From NCBI GenBank assembly GCA_040954595.2, contig CM082588.2, positions 2,239,027 through 2,303,026 on the forward strand: a stretch of 64,000 bases of DNA, in the 5' to 3' direction. This document shows, piece by piece, positions 1 to 11,128 of the stretch. Every line of letters starts with the position of its first letter. Position 1 is the first letter of the stretch. The stretch comes from Balanoglossus misakiensis (taxonomy: Eukaryota > Animalia > Hemichordata). A model generated the notes under the pieces. The model was not told the origin of the DNA, made no database searches, and saw nothing but the letters and a program-made list of their open reading frames with translations. Both the position numbers and the translations under genes were made by a program.

Positions 1-132
1 TAATACTGCCTGAAATATCACATGACTAACCTCTCTGACAAAGACTTTGAAAACTCCTCCTAAGCAACATTCCTCCAGGAGGGGGGACAACAGAGACCCT
101 GTCAATTTACATTGCTTATCTTTTGTGAACAG

Positions 133-1164
133 AACCAGTGCAAGAGCTGCAGCAGTCGCCAGTGAAAGCCCCTAATGTTGTGAATACTGCTGACACAGCC
201 GCGTTTGATCCGTACAAACAGAAGGAGGCAGAGGCTGTCATGCAGTCATTTGGCCTTGCCAAAGAAGGTGGAGGTAAGTCTGAGAAAAGTCATGTATTGT
301 AGTTTTAACGTGTTCTCTTTCTTACACCGTTCTCCCAGTGGTAGAAATAGCCTCACATCATGTTAAAACTATATTTGCTTTATTCTAGGCTCAAGACCTA
401 GTTCACCGGCCGATAGCACATCCAGCTTAGGCTCATCAGCTAGCCATCAACTCAGACAGCAGCAACTGCAACAGCAACAACAGCAACAACCACCGCAGTC
501 ACAATCGCAGCCAGCCTATCAACAACAATATCAAACCCCACAGCCTGGTAGGTTTCTGCAAATGTAGATTTCTCTTCCCTTAGTCATAAGGAACCAGTCG
601 GGTAGAAATATTGAAGGTAGCCATTTGGGTGAGCTAACGCTGTCTTGTCAACTTCACTGATTTGCTGTTGTTTTTTGTTCAGGACAACCACAGGCACCTA
701 GTCAAGCAGCATCTGCTCCATATGGGCAGTCACCTTCTCCAAGTCCCCAGATAGGGTTCCAGCAACAGCAACAGCCATCGCAGCAACAGCAGTACACGGC
801 AGCCTCACAGCAGCAGCCGGGTTACCCTCCGCAGCAGCAGCAGCAGCAATCTCAGCCCAGTGCAGGATATGGAGGGCAACCTGCCTACAGCACAGCCGGA
901 CAAACTGGCTACCCACCCCAGAGCCAAGCCAGCCAGCAGGCGCCCAGTCAGACCTACGGCACCCAGTCTTATGCCGGGTATGCCCCAACCTCTCAACCTC
1001 AACCCTACGCTGGTCAACCTGCTGCCCAGCCAGTACCCCAAGGTCAGGGCTATGCAAACCCACAACAGTTCCCAGGCGGCGCTGCCAACCCCTACGCAAG
1101 GGGGCAGCAACAGTATGCAGCAGGTCCAAGAGGATATCCAACACCCGGCCCTGGATATAAGTAA
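133..1164 (+). CDS. TFG: TRK-fused gene protein (TFG), last three coding exons; the 5' part lies outside the window
   Basis: GT-AG exons 133-273, 389-547, 683-1164. They encode AFDPYKQ..VMQSFGL, SPADSTSS, a Q/P/Y-rich tail and the C-terminus NPYARG..GYPTPGPGYK*, matching the TFG end (NPYAR..PGPGYR). AATAAA at 1703-1708. Confidence 0.9.
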
Positions 1165-1771
1165 TTTTTTTATTTTTTAGAACCCACACCATATTTTGAC
1201 CGGGTTGCCCATCAAATTTGCATGTTTCACTGTCATGTGAGCAATCAGTATATGCCTTACTGTCAGTGTGTTGATGTGCAATTTTGTAAATGTAAGAAAA
1301 TCAGATAATGAGAGTGGGCAAAGCTTCTGTTAAGGCTATTTATTGTAACAAAATATCAAAAAAAGTAGTTGAAATCTTACAAACTTGGAAAAATCCTAAG
1401 ACCCCTCATAAAAAATCATGTGAAAGTGATTTCTGAGGCAATTGCAGACACACTCCCATACTAACTACACCACTCTCTGTATATTTCACTCTTCAATAGT
1501 AGTAGTGTATTTCATTAATTATTATTCAATATGGGGGTCATGACCTCTATCCCATAATATTATGTGCTAGGCTTCCTGCGATGTGATTGGTGCATGCATA
1601 GGTCACCAGCAACATGCAAGCCCCAGTGTCTCTTCACTTTTAGTGCTGTCTGTTTTCGTAAACTGTACACTGATAGTAAAATTGTACTATGTAATTTTTG
1701 TCAATAAAAGTATACATCTTCAGAACAAGTCAGAATGAATTGCAAATTTTCATTTGCACTCCAGTAGAATG

Positions 1772-4700
1772 TCACATCACAAGAAATGTGCTTGCTCTAA
1801 GTTTCTTGTAAAGTTCTAAAACTTCTGTTGCTAAGGAGACATCCTGGCCGGAGTGAAATTTATCTTCCAGGGTTTGCAACTCTTGCAGTAAATTCTGTAA
1901 GAGAATCAAAAACGCAACTTTTATTGTGGAACGTTAGTTATAACTATCTCTTCTGTGCATTCTTCCAAGTTATGCCTGAAGACAACTAATCCCGCATACT
2001 GAAATCAGGATCTCAAAATTTGCATGTGTTCCTGTTCTTCACCTGTTGTGAGGTCCAATCAGTGTTTGATTTTCTTCACACCCTTGAATATGATGGCCAA
2101 TACAACAACCTGTACGCGCTACTTACCTTGACTCTTCTCATTTCTTGCTGAAGTGTGTGAACATTCATGTCTGAACTCTGTCCATTGTGTCTCAGGCTCT
2201 GAATAAGAAAAACAGAAACACACCTTATTTTCTGGAAAGCATTTGACACACTATCATCAAGAATCAAGAACAATGTACATGTATACTTTACCTGTATTCT
2301 TTGCAATGTAGCTTCGTGGACCTGACAAAGGAGATGCAAGGAGCTGGCACTCATTGTCAACTCAAACACATCTCTGTCGTCTTCTGTCACTCGGTGAGAC
2401 TGCAGAGTGACATCTTCACCATCTGGCGTCATCATCTTCATTGTGGATTCTTTGGAATTCATGACCAAGTCCCGGTTGGGATTGCCAACAAGCAGATGTG
2501 CAAGTAACTTGCATTCAGGGCGTTGGGGACCACTTTGGATGCTCTCTACTGGGAGTAAAATTATGAATGTAACTTTAGGCTATAATTCCATTCTAAACTT
2601 TAATCCTATTTTGTGTATTGACAATATCCTCCATGGTAGTGTACAAACAGGGATGTACAAAGACCTACCTGGAGGGGCGGCTTCGCTTCTAGAAGTTATT
2701 GTAGCAGCAGATATCAGCAAAGTAGAACTGACTGTATGCAGTGCATGCGGTCCCATGTGACTGTCTGCTGACCCAGGCCTCTGCCTCAGAATTTCCCGGA
2801 GTTGCCTCATTAGTTTTTTATGCCTGCTTCCACCAGTATTAGTCACCATTGATGGTCCTGCACTGGATCTCGATGCAGGCCTGAGAAAATGTAAAACGTC
2901 CAGCTGGCAGGATCCTATGTTCAGGCATATGCCGTTGTTTGTGATTGTGATATTGGACTTCGCTATTTCATCGTCCGGCAAGGGCGAGAGCTTGGCAAGT
3001 AAATGCTGGAGGTCAAAGTGTAAATGGTATGAGAGTTGAACAGGGAGGCAGATCTGCGAGGTGATGTCATCAAAGGGGATGTAAATCTCACGAAAGTCGC
3101 CCGGGTTGAACCGGCAGAGGGGTACAGTTCTCGTGAAATGCTGACTGGCCATCGTTCCATCACTTCCGGGACACTGCAGGCACACTATCCATGTCCATGC
3201 CGAGTCAAGGGTTCTTGTGAGGTTCTCCAGCCTGACAGTTACACCGTAGTTGCAGTGATGTCCCCTGTCTTGAACAACGCACTGCTGCGTGCAGCAAAAC
3301 TGTGACTCAAGCACCCTGCCATGCCCCTCTTCAAGCGCAGAACACGTCAGATCAGCGGCACGGTTGAGTTCTCTCAGGACACCATCCTGCAGTTCAGAGG
3401 TCACCTTCATTTTGGCCAGCCTTTCAGCCGTGCTGCTGATGCCTGCCAATGCTTCCTTCATCCGCTGTCCAGCTACGGATGGAGACACTGACCATGAAAG
3501 TTCATCCTCTAAGTCGGCCATTTCCATGGTGACACAAACCAATTGACCATTATGCCTTATGGCATAGATGATACCTGGAAGACAAAACATACAGGTGTCA
3601 TGCTCAGGATCTGCCTGGTACATCTTTAATTTTTAATGTTATATACAGAAATATGACAAATACATTTTTGTTAATACATGGGAACATTACTGTTACCTTC
3701 TTCTGTGAAAGGGGACAAGCTAAGTATCCCTGATATTCCTGTACTGGTTGGGATTAGAACATTTGGTAGAAGATCTCCAGCATGAGTCTTCCTTTCACTG
3801 CCTGCACTCCCTTCCTGCTTTTGATGTCTGTTCACAAGATGAACATGAAACACGTCAGTGGGTGAACTGTAAATGAAGAGCTCCCCTGTGGCGCTGACAG
3901 ATGAGGAGGTGACTGGCCCGCTGACGTAGTACTCTTTGAAATTCAATTTTCTATCCCTGTCAGAAATGATCACTATTCTGCCATCTCTGCCAGCCAGCAA
4001 AACTGCATTGTAGCCGCTCTGACTCTCTGTCCTCTCATTGGCTGTGCCTTCAGCCTTATTTGGTAAACAAATACCATGAATATTCATGAGACACTGTTCA
4101 ATGTCATAAAGGGGAACCAGCGGTGAGAGGTTATTATGCAGTGACCTTTGAGTATTACTGGGGTTAATGTTCAATGTGTTTCCCTTTCTAATATTCTTCA
4201 GAGGCAAGAAATAAATCTTGCCATCTGGGATTCCTATAAGGATCACTGGGCAGTCAATGATGCAATTGTCAGCACCAAACAGCGAGGTATACAGTCCTGA
4301 TTCTAAAACGATGATCTGCTCAGCCACTGAATCTAGTGAAACACCAGGAGGTACAATCCCAACTAGGGTACAGTTAGAGTCATCCTCTACTGAATATTGG
4401 TTTTCCTTAGGAAGAGGTTGAGTGGTGAAATCTGTAAATAATGACTGGTTGATGTCACTGCAGACAGACTGCGAGCCTGGGATGACCACTGTATACAGCG
4501 CAGTATCATCTTGGGCCTGAGTTTCTTCCGAGTCAATAGATCTTGTCAGAAAATCATTGAAATAAATTGAAATATTCCAACTATTCCCTGCCTTGGCTGC
4601 AGTAATTATGTACTCCTGGTAGAGCAGGAAGTTCTTCATATTGGCCAGTTGCAGACACATGCTTGAATCGTCCACTTGGATCACACTGTCAGTGCTGACT

Positions 4701-5468
4701 TCAATCTCTACATCGATATCATCACTGTCTCCATCTGCCGGTTCTTCAATCAGTAGATCAGTAAAGATGTCCTGGTTTGAGGTGTTCAAATCCACATCAT
4801 CCTTCCGGTTCTTCTTTTTATGTTGTCTGTAGAATTCAAAAGAGAAGATTACAACTGGAGTTAGATAGATCATCTTCTCTCACATGTACAACAACCTTAA
4901 GGAACAAACACAGATTAAGTCCAAAAGGTGGTCACAACTCACTTTTTCTTTTTCTTCAGATATCTATCAATGTTCAAGCAGTATAATTTCCCGTCTGTGG
5001 TAAGACACCAGAGTTGCTTGTTATCTGTAGTCCTACTTGTGAACCTTTGAACTGTCTGCGCAAAGTGAAATATTGCCTGTGAAAGAAAGCATAAGTTAGG
5101 ATAGGAGTTTTACAGAAGATTGCTCTGATGACAGAAACAAACAAATTTCAAGTTCCTCCATACCGTCCAAATAAGACAGTGACACGTACTATGGTCAATC
5201 ATTGCGAATGAGTGGATAAACGGATGGATGAATGAATGAATGGCATGGGGCGTAACCATGGCATTCTCGCATAAACTGACAACAAACTTACCCTTCTTTG
5301 TTGATTGCGATAAAGGTAGATGAAATTCCTGCCACCACAGACTAGTATACACTTATTATTCCCCAAGTCCTGACTCCTGACAAGAGAAACTGCGGAATAT
5401 CCACCGCGATCACAAGAAATGCAATCGATGGGCTGGACTGCAGAGTTTGTGTTTATGCGCGCTGCCAT
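1772..5468 (-). CDS. FAAP100: Fanconi anemia core complex-associated protein 100, about 932 aa, 7 exons
   Basis: Phase-consistent exons 5468-5292, 5076-4943, 4826-3697, 3574-2669, 2548-2292, 2198-2127, 1894-1772. Motifs LFGAD..CPVILIGIPDG, EYYVSGPV, AGQRMKEALAGIS, LDVLHFLR and the end LLQELQTLED..LELYKKLR parallel vertebrate FAAP100. Confidence 0.88.
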
Positions 5469-6296
5469 TTTGAAATTTACCCAAGATGCAATGTGTTCAA
5501 CATTTGCTTCATAAACAGCGCCGTCAGTGGTCTAATTCTACCAACTTTTGTTTGGTGAAGTTCTGATATTGGTATCTGTACATGTACTGTATCCAGAATA
5601 TCTACACAAATGTACTAGTTATTTCAAAAGCAATGTTGACAACATTCTGCAATTCAGTGTCACTTCTGACCTGCTTGCTTCATATGCTGCCAACATTGCC
5701 CATTAGTTTCAAAATAGACCTTTATCGGTTCTGGTGAAAGTGCGTGCAGACATTTGCACACTGCACGGTAGCCAAGTTACGGTCATCGACTCCGCAAGCA
5801 TCATAGGCCTACGTGACGTGTCATACATCATGGGATCGCACGCCAAGCTGCTCGCATACATTATAAGCTACCGTTAGGCCTATTTCTATTCAGCATATTG
5901 CATAGCCTTACATCTGTGACATGGGATTTAGTTTAGGGCGTACTCGTGAAAATTAAACCCCGCAGGGCGGGTGGCGTGGATTTCGTTTGGAGGCATTGGA
6001 GGCATAGGTCTGTTCATGTCAGTTTTATAAGTCGCTCTTGATGCAGGTCTGCAGAGTGGATGGGTCTCTTAGTGTACTAAAATTCGTGTACAAACACCCC
6101 ATATTGGGCGATACGTGCGCATTTTCTTGTTTCAAGGGCTCCTCGTCGATGCGCAACTGGCGAGACAGTCTCTGTCAGGCCCTCCCTGTCAATTCCAATA
6201 TGAAAGCTCCCTTTTCAGAAAATTTGCAAGTGAAAGCAGCCACGGAGAGAATAGCGGGTCAATCTGCATGTTTTTTTCCATTGAGAAGTGAAGAGA

Positions 6297-8150
6297 ATGG
6301 AGAGCGAGGCTAACAGAACCACTATGGCGGAACACGAGCAGTCGGAACTTGCGGCGGATAGGCCTATTGAAGAGGTGGGCGCCAACGAAACCGAAGTCGG
6401 CCCGTCTGAAAACGTCGGTGATTCAAACGTCACTTGTGGTAACTTTCAGACGTACATGGTTTCTTGGATTATCATAGTTGCCTACGTTCTCATCGGAGGC
6501 GCTTTTTTCATGTTAGTCGAGTCCGGCGACTGGACGTGGAGCGGTGATGATGATGCCGACGCACTCGTTGGAAACGACACTGATGATGCACAGAAACCCG
6601 ATATCAATATGATGAGGCTTGAGCTACTGCACTCGCTGCGAGACATCTGGACTGGCGACCCGGACAACTGGACCGATGTTGCCGTGGACTACTTGAAGAA
6701 TTACGACCGAGAGGTGAATCAGATGGAAATGGCGCTGCAAGCTGACCACGACAGCGAGGAAACACGCCGGCGATTCGGGGATTGGTTCAATGCCTGTTTC
6801 TTCTGTTTAACGGTGATCTCAGCCATCGGTGAGTGAATCGAAATAATTCTCGCTGGGCACAGTGGTAGGAGCTAGCCGCTGTTTGGTTTGGGTCACAGTT
6901 ACAAATGTACTTTACAAATCGATAAATCTGTTTGAAGAGTGATTGTGAAGTCGATTGATCAACGAAACGTACGGCGGCTTTCATATCTGCGCCAAAAATA
7001 AATTCATAATCCTCAAAATAGACCAGTACAATAGTCAACGTGGCTCCGCATTTGTTGAAATCTGTGATCCATATTGCAATATTGTACTTTTCATTAACAA
7101 CGCTCCTGTGTAAACATCGTTGGCAAAATTTACTTTGCGATGAAATAGAGTTGTTCAACTAGAGTTGTGTAACAATGGAAAGGGACAAGTGCATGCAGGT
7201 CTATAGTTGTCGTCCCTTATCGATCTGTCTGTGGAATTTTTGCAACCACCTGTTGAATCGAGAAAACCTGGTGACGGCGAATCAAATTCTCACTCATGCC
7301 AATCTTTAGCAACACTTTTCTTCGGATATACCGATTTCTGCGATTTCGCCATTTAAATACATTGTTTTGCATTATTGGTTCATTTTGAAAAGCCATAAAA
7401 TAACGTGATGTTCTCTTCATCATCACAGGTTACGGTCATCTTATTCCAGTAACAACAGGGGGATACGCTTTGTTGCTCGTCTACACAGTCATTGGTATTC
7501 CGTTATTCTTCATCTTCATCTTCAAGCTGGGAGAACTGCTGGCCGTTCCAATTAAGATGGGCTACTTGCGACTATGCAGCTGCGCCGCACGACAGACTTC
7601 GGCATTATTCGGCAGAAGGGCGGGTAAATCGAACAGAAGCTTTAGGGAATTGACTAGCGGGGATGGGGATGACAAGGCTGAGAGGCGGGGTAGGCGTTCG
7701 GATCAAGACGATGCCATTTTGGCTGATGATTTCGACGAGGGGGGACCGGAACCTGATCATGATCATGTGAAGGTCGACTTTGAAAGTAGTAACGCTCAGG
7801 TTGAACTTTCCCTAGAGAATGTCGAAATTCCCCTGATCATATTGTTTCTCGTTGTCCTCACCTTTGTGATAATCTCGTCTGCTATATTCGCTGCCATGGA
7901 AGGGTGGCCATTTTTGGCCTCGTTTTATTTCAGCGTCATCACCATAACAACGGTCGGCTTTGGGGACTACTTGCCTGACACGGACTCGAACTCCAAGCAT
8001 TTTTTCATCTCTTTCTACATAGTCACGGGGCTCTTGCTGTTATCCATCTGTATTCATCTGATGTTGTCCCGGATCGCCAGATTTTCCGATTGGATTTTCA
8101 ATTTGCGATGTTGCACTCGTGCAAGGTGCCTCACCTGCTGTTCAACCTAA
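6297..8150 (+). CDS. Two-pore-domain (K2P/KCNK, invertebrate TWK-like) potassium channel, about 417 aa
   Basis: Exons 6297-6828 and 7429-8150, with a phase-1 intron inside the first G of GYG. M1 (WIIIVAYVLIGGAFFMLVE), extracellular cap, P1 TVISAIGYGHLIP, M2 YTVIGIPLFF, M3, P2 TITTVGFGDYLP, M4. Confidence 0.92.
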
Positions 8151-8436
8151 TGTATAAAAGTTGTGTGCGCGTGCCAACAACGAAACGGCATCATCATATG
8201 TGACACCAGGGATGACGTAGGCCGTTGTGATAGTTTATTTCCTATTGGAAGTTAGCTCAGTGTTTAATTTCATTGCTTTTTGAAAAATATTGTAGTTTTC
8301 AGGTAAAATAGTATTAGGGTGGCTTTTTTCATTATCCGATGCATATACAAAATGTAATACGTCATGGTTTATTTGGTCAAAAGATCATGTTTTAGGGAGC
8401 AGTATTCGAAGCTTCCGACTCCAACTTGCTGTCATA

Positions 8437-8480
8437 ATTCATTCATTCATTCATTCACTCATCCGTTCGTTCGTCCATTG
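8437..8480 (+). repeat. (ATTC)n/(GTTC)n microsatellite; a similar tract on the opposite strand lies at about 5200-5245
   Basis: ATTCATTCATTCATTCATTCACTCATCCGTTCGTTCGTCC; the FAAP100 intron-1 tract reads CATTCATTCATTCATCCATCCG on -. Confidence 0.6.
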
Positions 8481-8678
8481 TCTGACCATATCACTAAACA
8501 CCATACACCAGAGTGGACCAGGGTCTATGGTTTGACCATGGACGCTCCACAGACGGTATCCATGGTATATTGGATCCGCCTTCTCCTGCATACAGTCTAT
8601 GATTGGACAAATTCACTAATTATGAATGCAAAAGCGAACCAATGGTAGATCTACAGTACAGATTATTGTATTCGAAAA

Positions 8679-8757
8679 GGCGCGAAATAGCTAATGCGCC
8701 AGTAATTGTATGTATATATAGAGCGTTTGTTAACACGTTCGCCACCAACCTATATAA
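8679..8757 (+). promoter_or_regulatory. H4 proximal promoter: E2F-like site and TATA box
   Basis: GGCGCGAAA at 8679-8687, TATATAA near 8751, CCAAT/ATTGG motifs near 8622 and 8639. Confidence 0.55.
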
Positions 8758-9123
<366 letters not shown>

Positions 9124-9149
9124 ATAGTTCTATAAAACCAAACCAAAAC

Positions 9150-9193
9150 GGCCCTTTTCAGGGCCACCAAATTCTCAAAAAAGAGAACTACCG
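9150..9193 (+). terminator. H4 histone 3' stem-loop plus purine-rich histone downstream element (HDE)
   Basis: GGCCCTTTTCAGGGCC at 9150-9165 followed by ACCA; CTCAAAAAAGAGAACTACCG at 9174-9193. Confidence 0.95.
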
Positions 9194-9590
9194 TATACAC
9201 ACACACACACGTACAGCCGATTAAACTGACGCAACACCAGTTTTAGATACATTGTATCTTGTTAATGTGCAATGTACAACCACAACCGGACGTAACTTGC
9301 TACGTTCGTGTGTACATTTCAGTGCTTTATCTAGATGGGCCAATCAGTATATTTCTGCGTGTGGCAGAGCTGTGCGATATGCTTCAACAACACATAAATT
9401 CTCTTAAAATACTAGCAGTCACTGGGACTGGCTTCCCTTAGGGTCTATGAATACATAGACCGATTTATTTAAGCTGAACGGACTTTAATAAATGCAGGAC
9501 GTCTATAGATTGCATTAGCCTTCTGTGTCAATGTCGTTATCAGCAACATACATAGTACATGTATTGTGTTTCTATGCGTTAATTTGATTT

Positions 9591-9634
9591 CGGTAGTTCT
9601 CTTTTTTGAGGATGTGGTGGCCCTGAAAAGGGCC
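9591..9634 (-). terminator. H2B histone 3' stem-loop plus HDE
   Basis: Reverse complement of GGCCCTTTTCAGGGCC at 9619-9634; HDE at 9591-9610. Confidence 0.95.
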
Positions 9635-9663
9635 GTTTGGTATGTGTATGCTGGGCATACGAT

Positions 9664-10032
9664 TTATTTGGAGCTGGTGTATTTGGTGACGGCTTTGGTG
9701 CCTTCACTGACGGCGTGCTTGGCCAGTTCACCGGGCAGCAAGAGGCGGACAGCAGTCTGGATCTCTCGGCTGGTGATGGTTGAACGCTTGTTGTAGTGGG
9801 CCAATCGGGAGGCTTCAGCGGCGATACGCTCGAAGATGTCGTTGACGAAGCTGTTCATTATTGACATGGCTTTGGAGGAGACACCAGTATCGGGGTGGAC
9901 CTGTTTCAGGACCTTGTAGATGTAGATACCATAGCTTTCCTTCCTTCGCCTCTTTCTTTTTTTGTCGCCGGTGCGTGCGGCTTTGGCCTTACCGGCTTTC
10001 TTGGCGGCTTTACCACTGGCTTTTGGAGGCAT
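9664..10032 (-). CDS. H2B: Histone H2B
   Basis: True ATG at 10032: [38 protein letters not shown], 122 aa, intronless, with stem-loop. Confidence 0.99.
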   Translation of the reverse strand: MPPKASGKAAKKAGKAKAARTGDKKRKRRRKESYGIYIYKVLKQVHPDTGVSSKAMSIMNSFVNDIFERIAAEASRLAHYNKRSTITSREIQTAVRLLLPGELAKHAVSEGTKAVTKYTSSK

Positions 10033-10752
<720 letters not shown>

Positions 10753-10781
10753 ATCGTATGCCCAGCATACACATACCAAAC

Positions 10782-10825
10782 GGCCCTTTTCAGGGCCACC
10801 ACATCCTCAAAAAAGAGAACTACCG
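10782..10825 (+). terminator. H2A histone 3' stem-loop plus HDE
   Basis: GGCCCTTTTCAGGGCC at 10782-10797; CTCAAAAAAGAGAACTACCG at 10806-10825. Confidence 0.95.
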
Positions 10826-11128
10826 GTACAAAGCAATGTCAATTTTGACAAGCTGGTGCTAACACTCCAGTCGTCACCCCACAACACTTCTACACATTCA
10901 CAAGACTTGCACAAACACAGATATATGCTCGACTAAATTTCCCTTTTTATTACAAAGAAAAGTACTAAATACATTACACAATTGGAAAATGCTGTTGGCC
11001 ATGATTGCTATCTACGTGGATGTCTTGCATCCATAAATTAATATTTCATGAGTCATTTCCATCTCTCATCCAAAAAGGTCTATCCCATGGAGATAAAAGC
11101 AGTTTCATTATTTTGGCAAGTTCAGCTG

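Noticed and set aside
698-1192. Alternative-frame and antisense ORFs over TFG, the PPIL4 tail (about 11005-11446) and REPS polyQ (about 55170-55668)
   Set aside because: Shadows of low-complexity coding repeats that lack stop codons in other frames.
9442-9461. Hairpin GGTCTATG-AATA-CATAGACC between the convergent H4 and H2B 3' ends
   Set aside because: A single 8-bp stem with no supporting context such as a Helitron CTAG end or a second copy.
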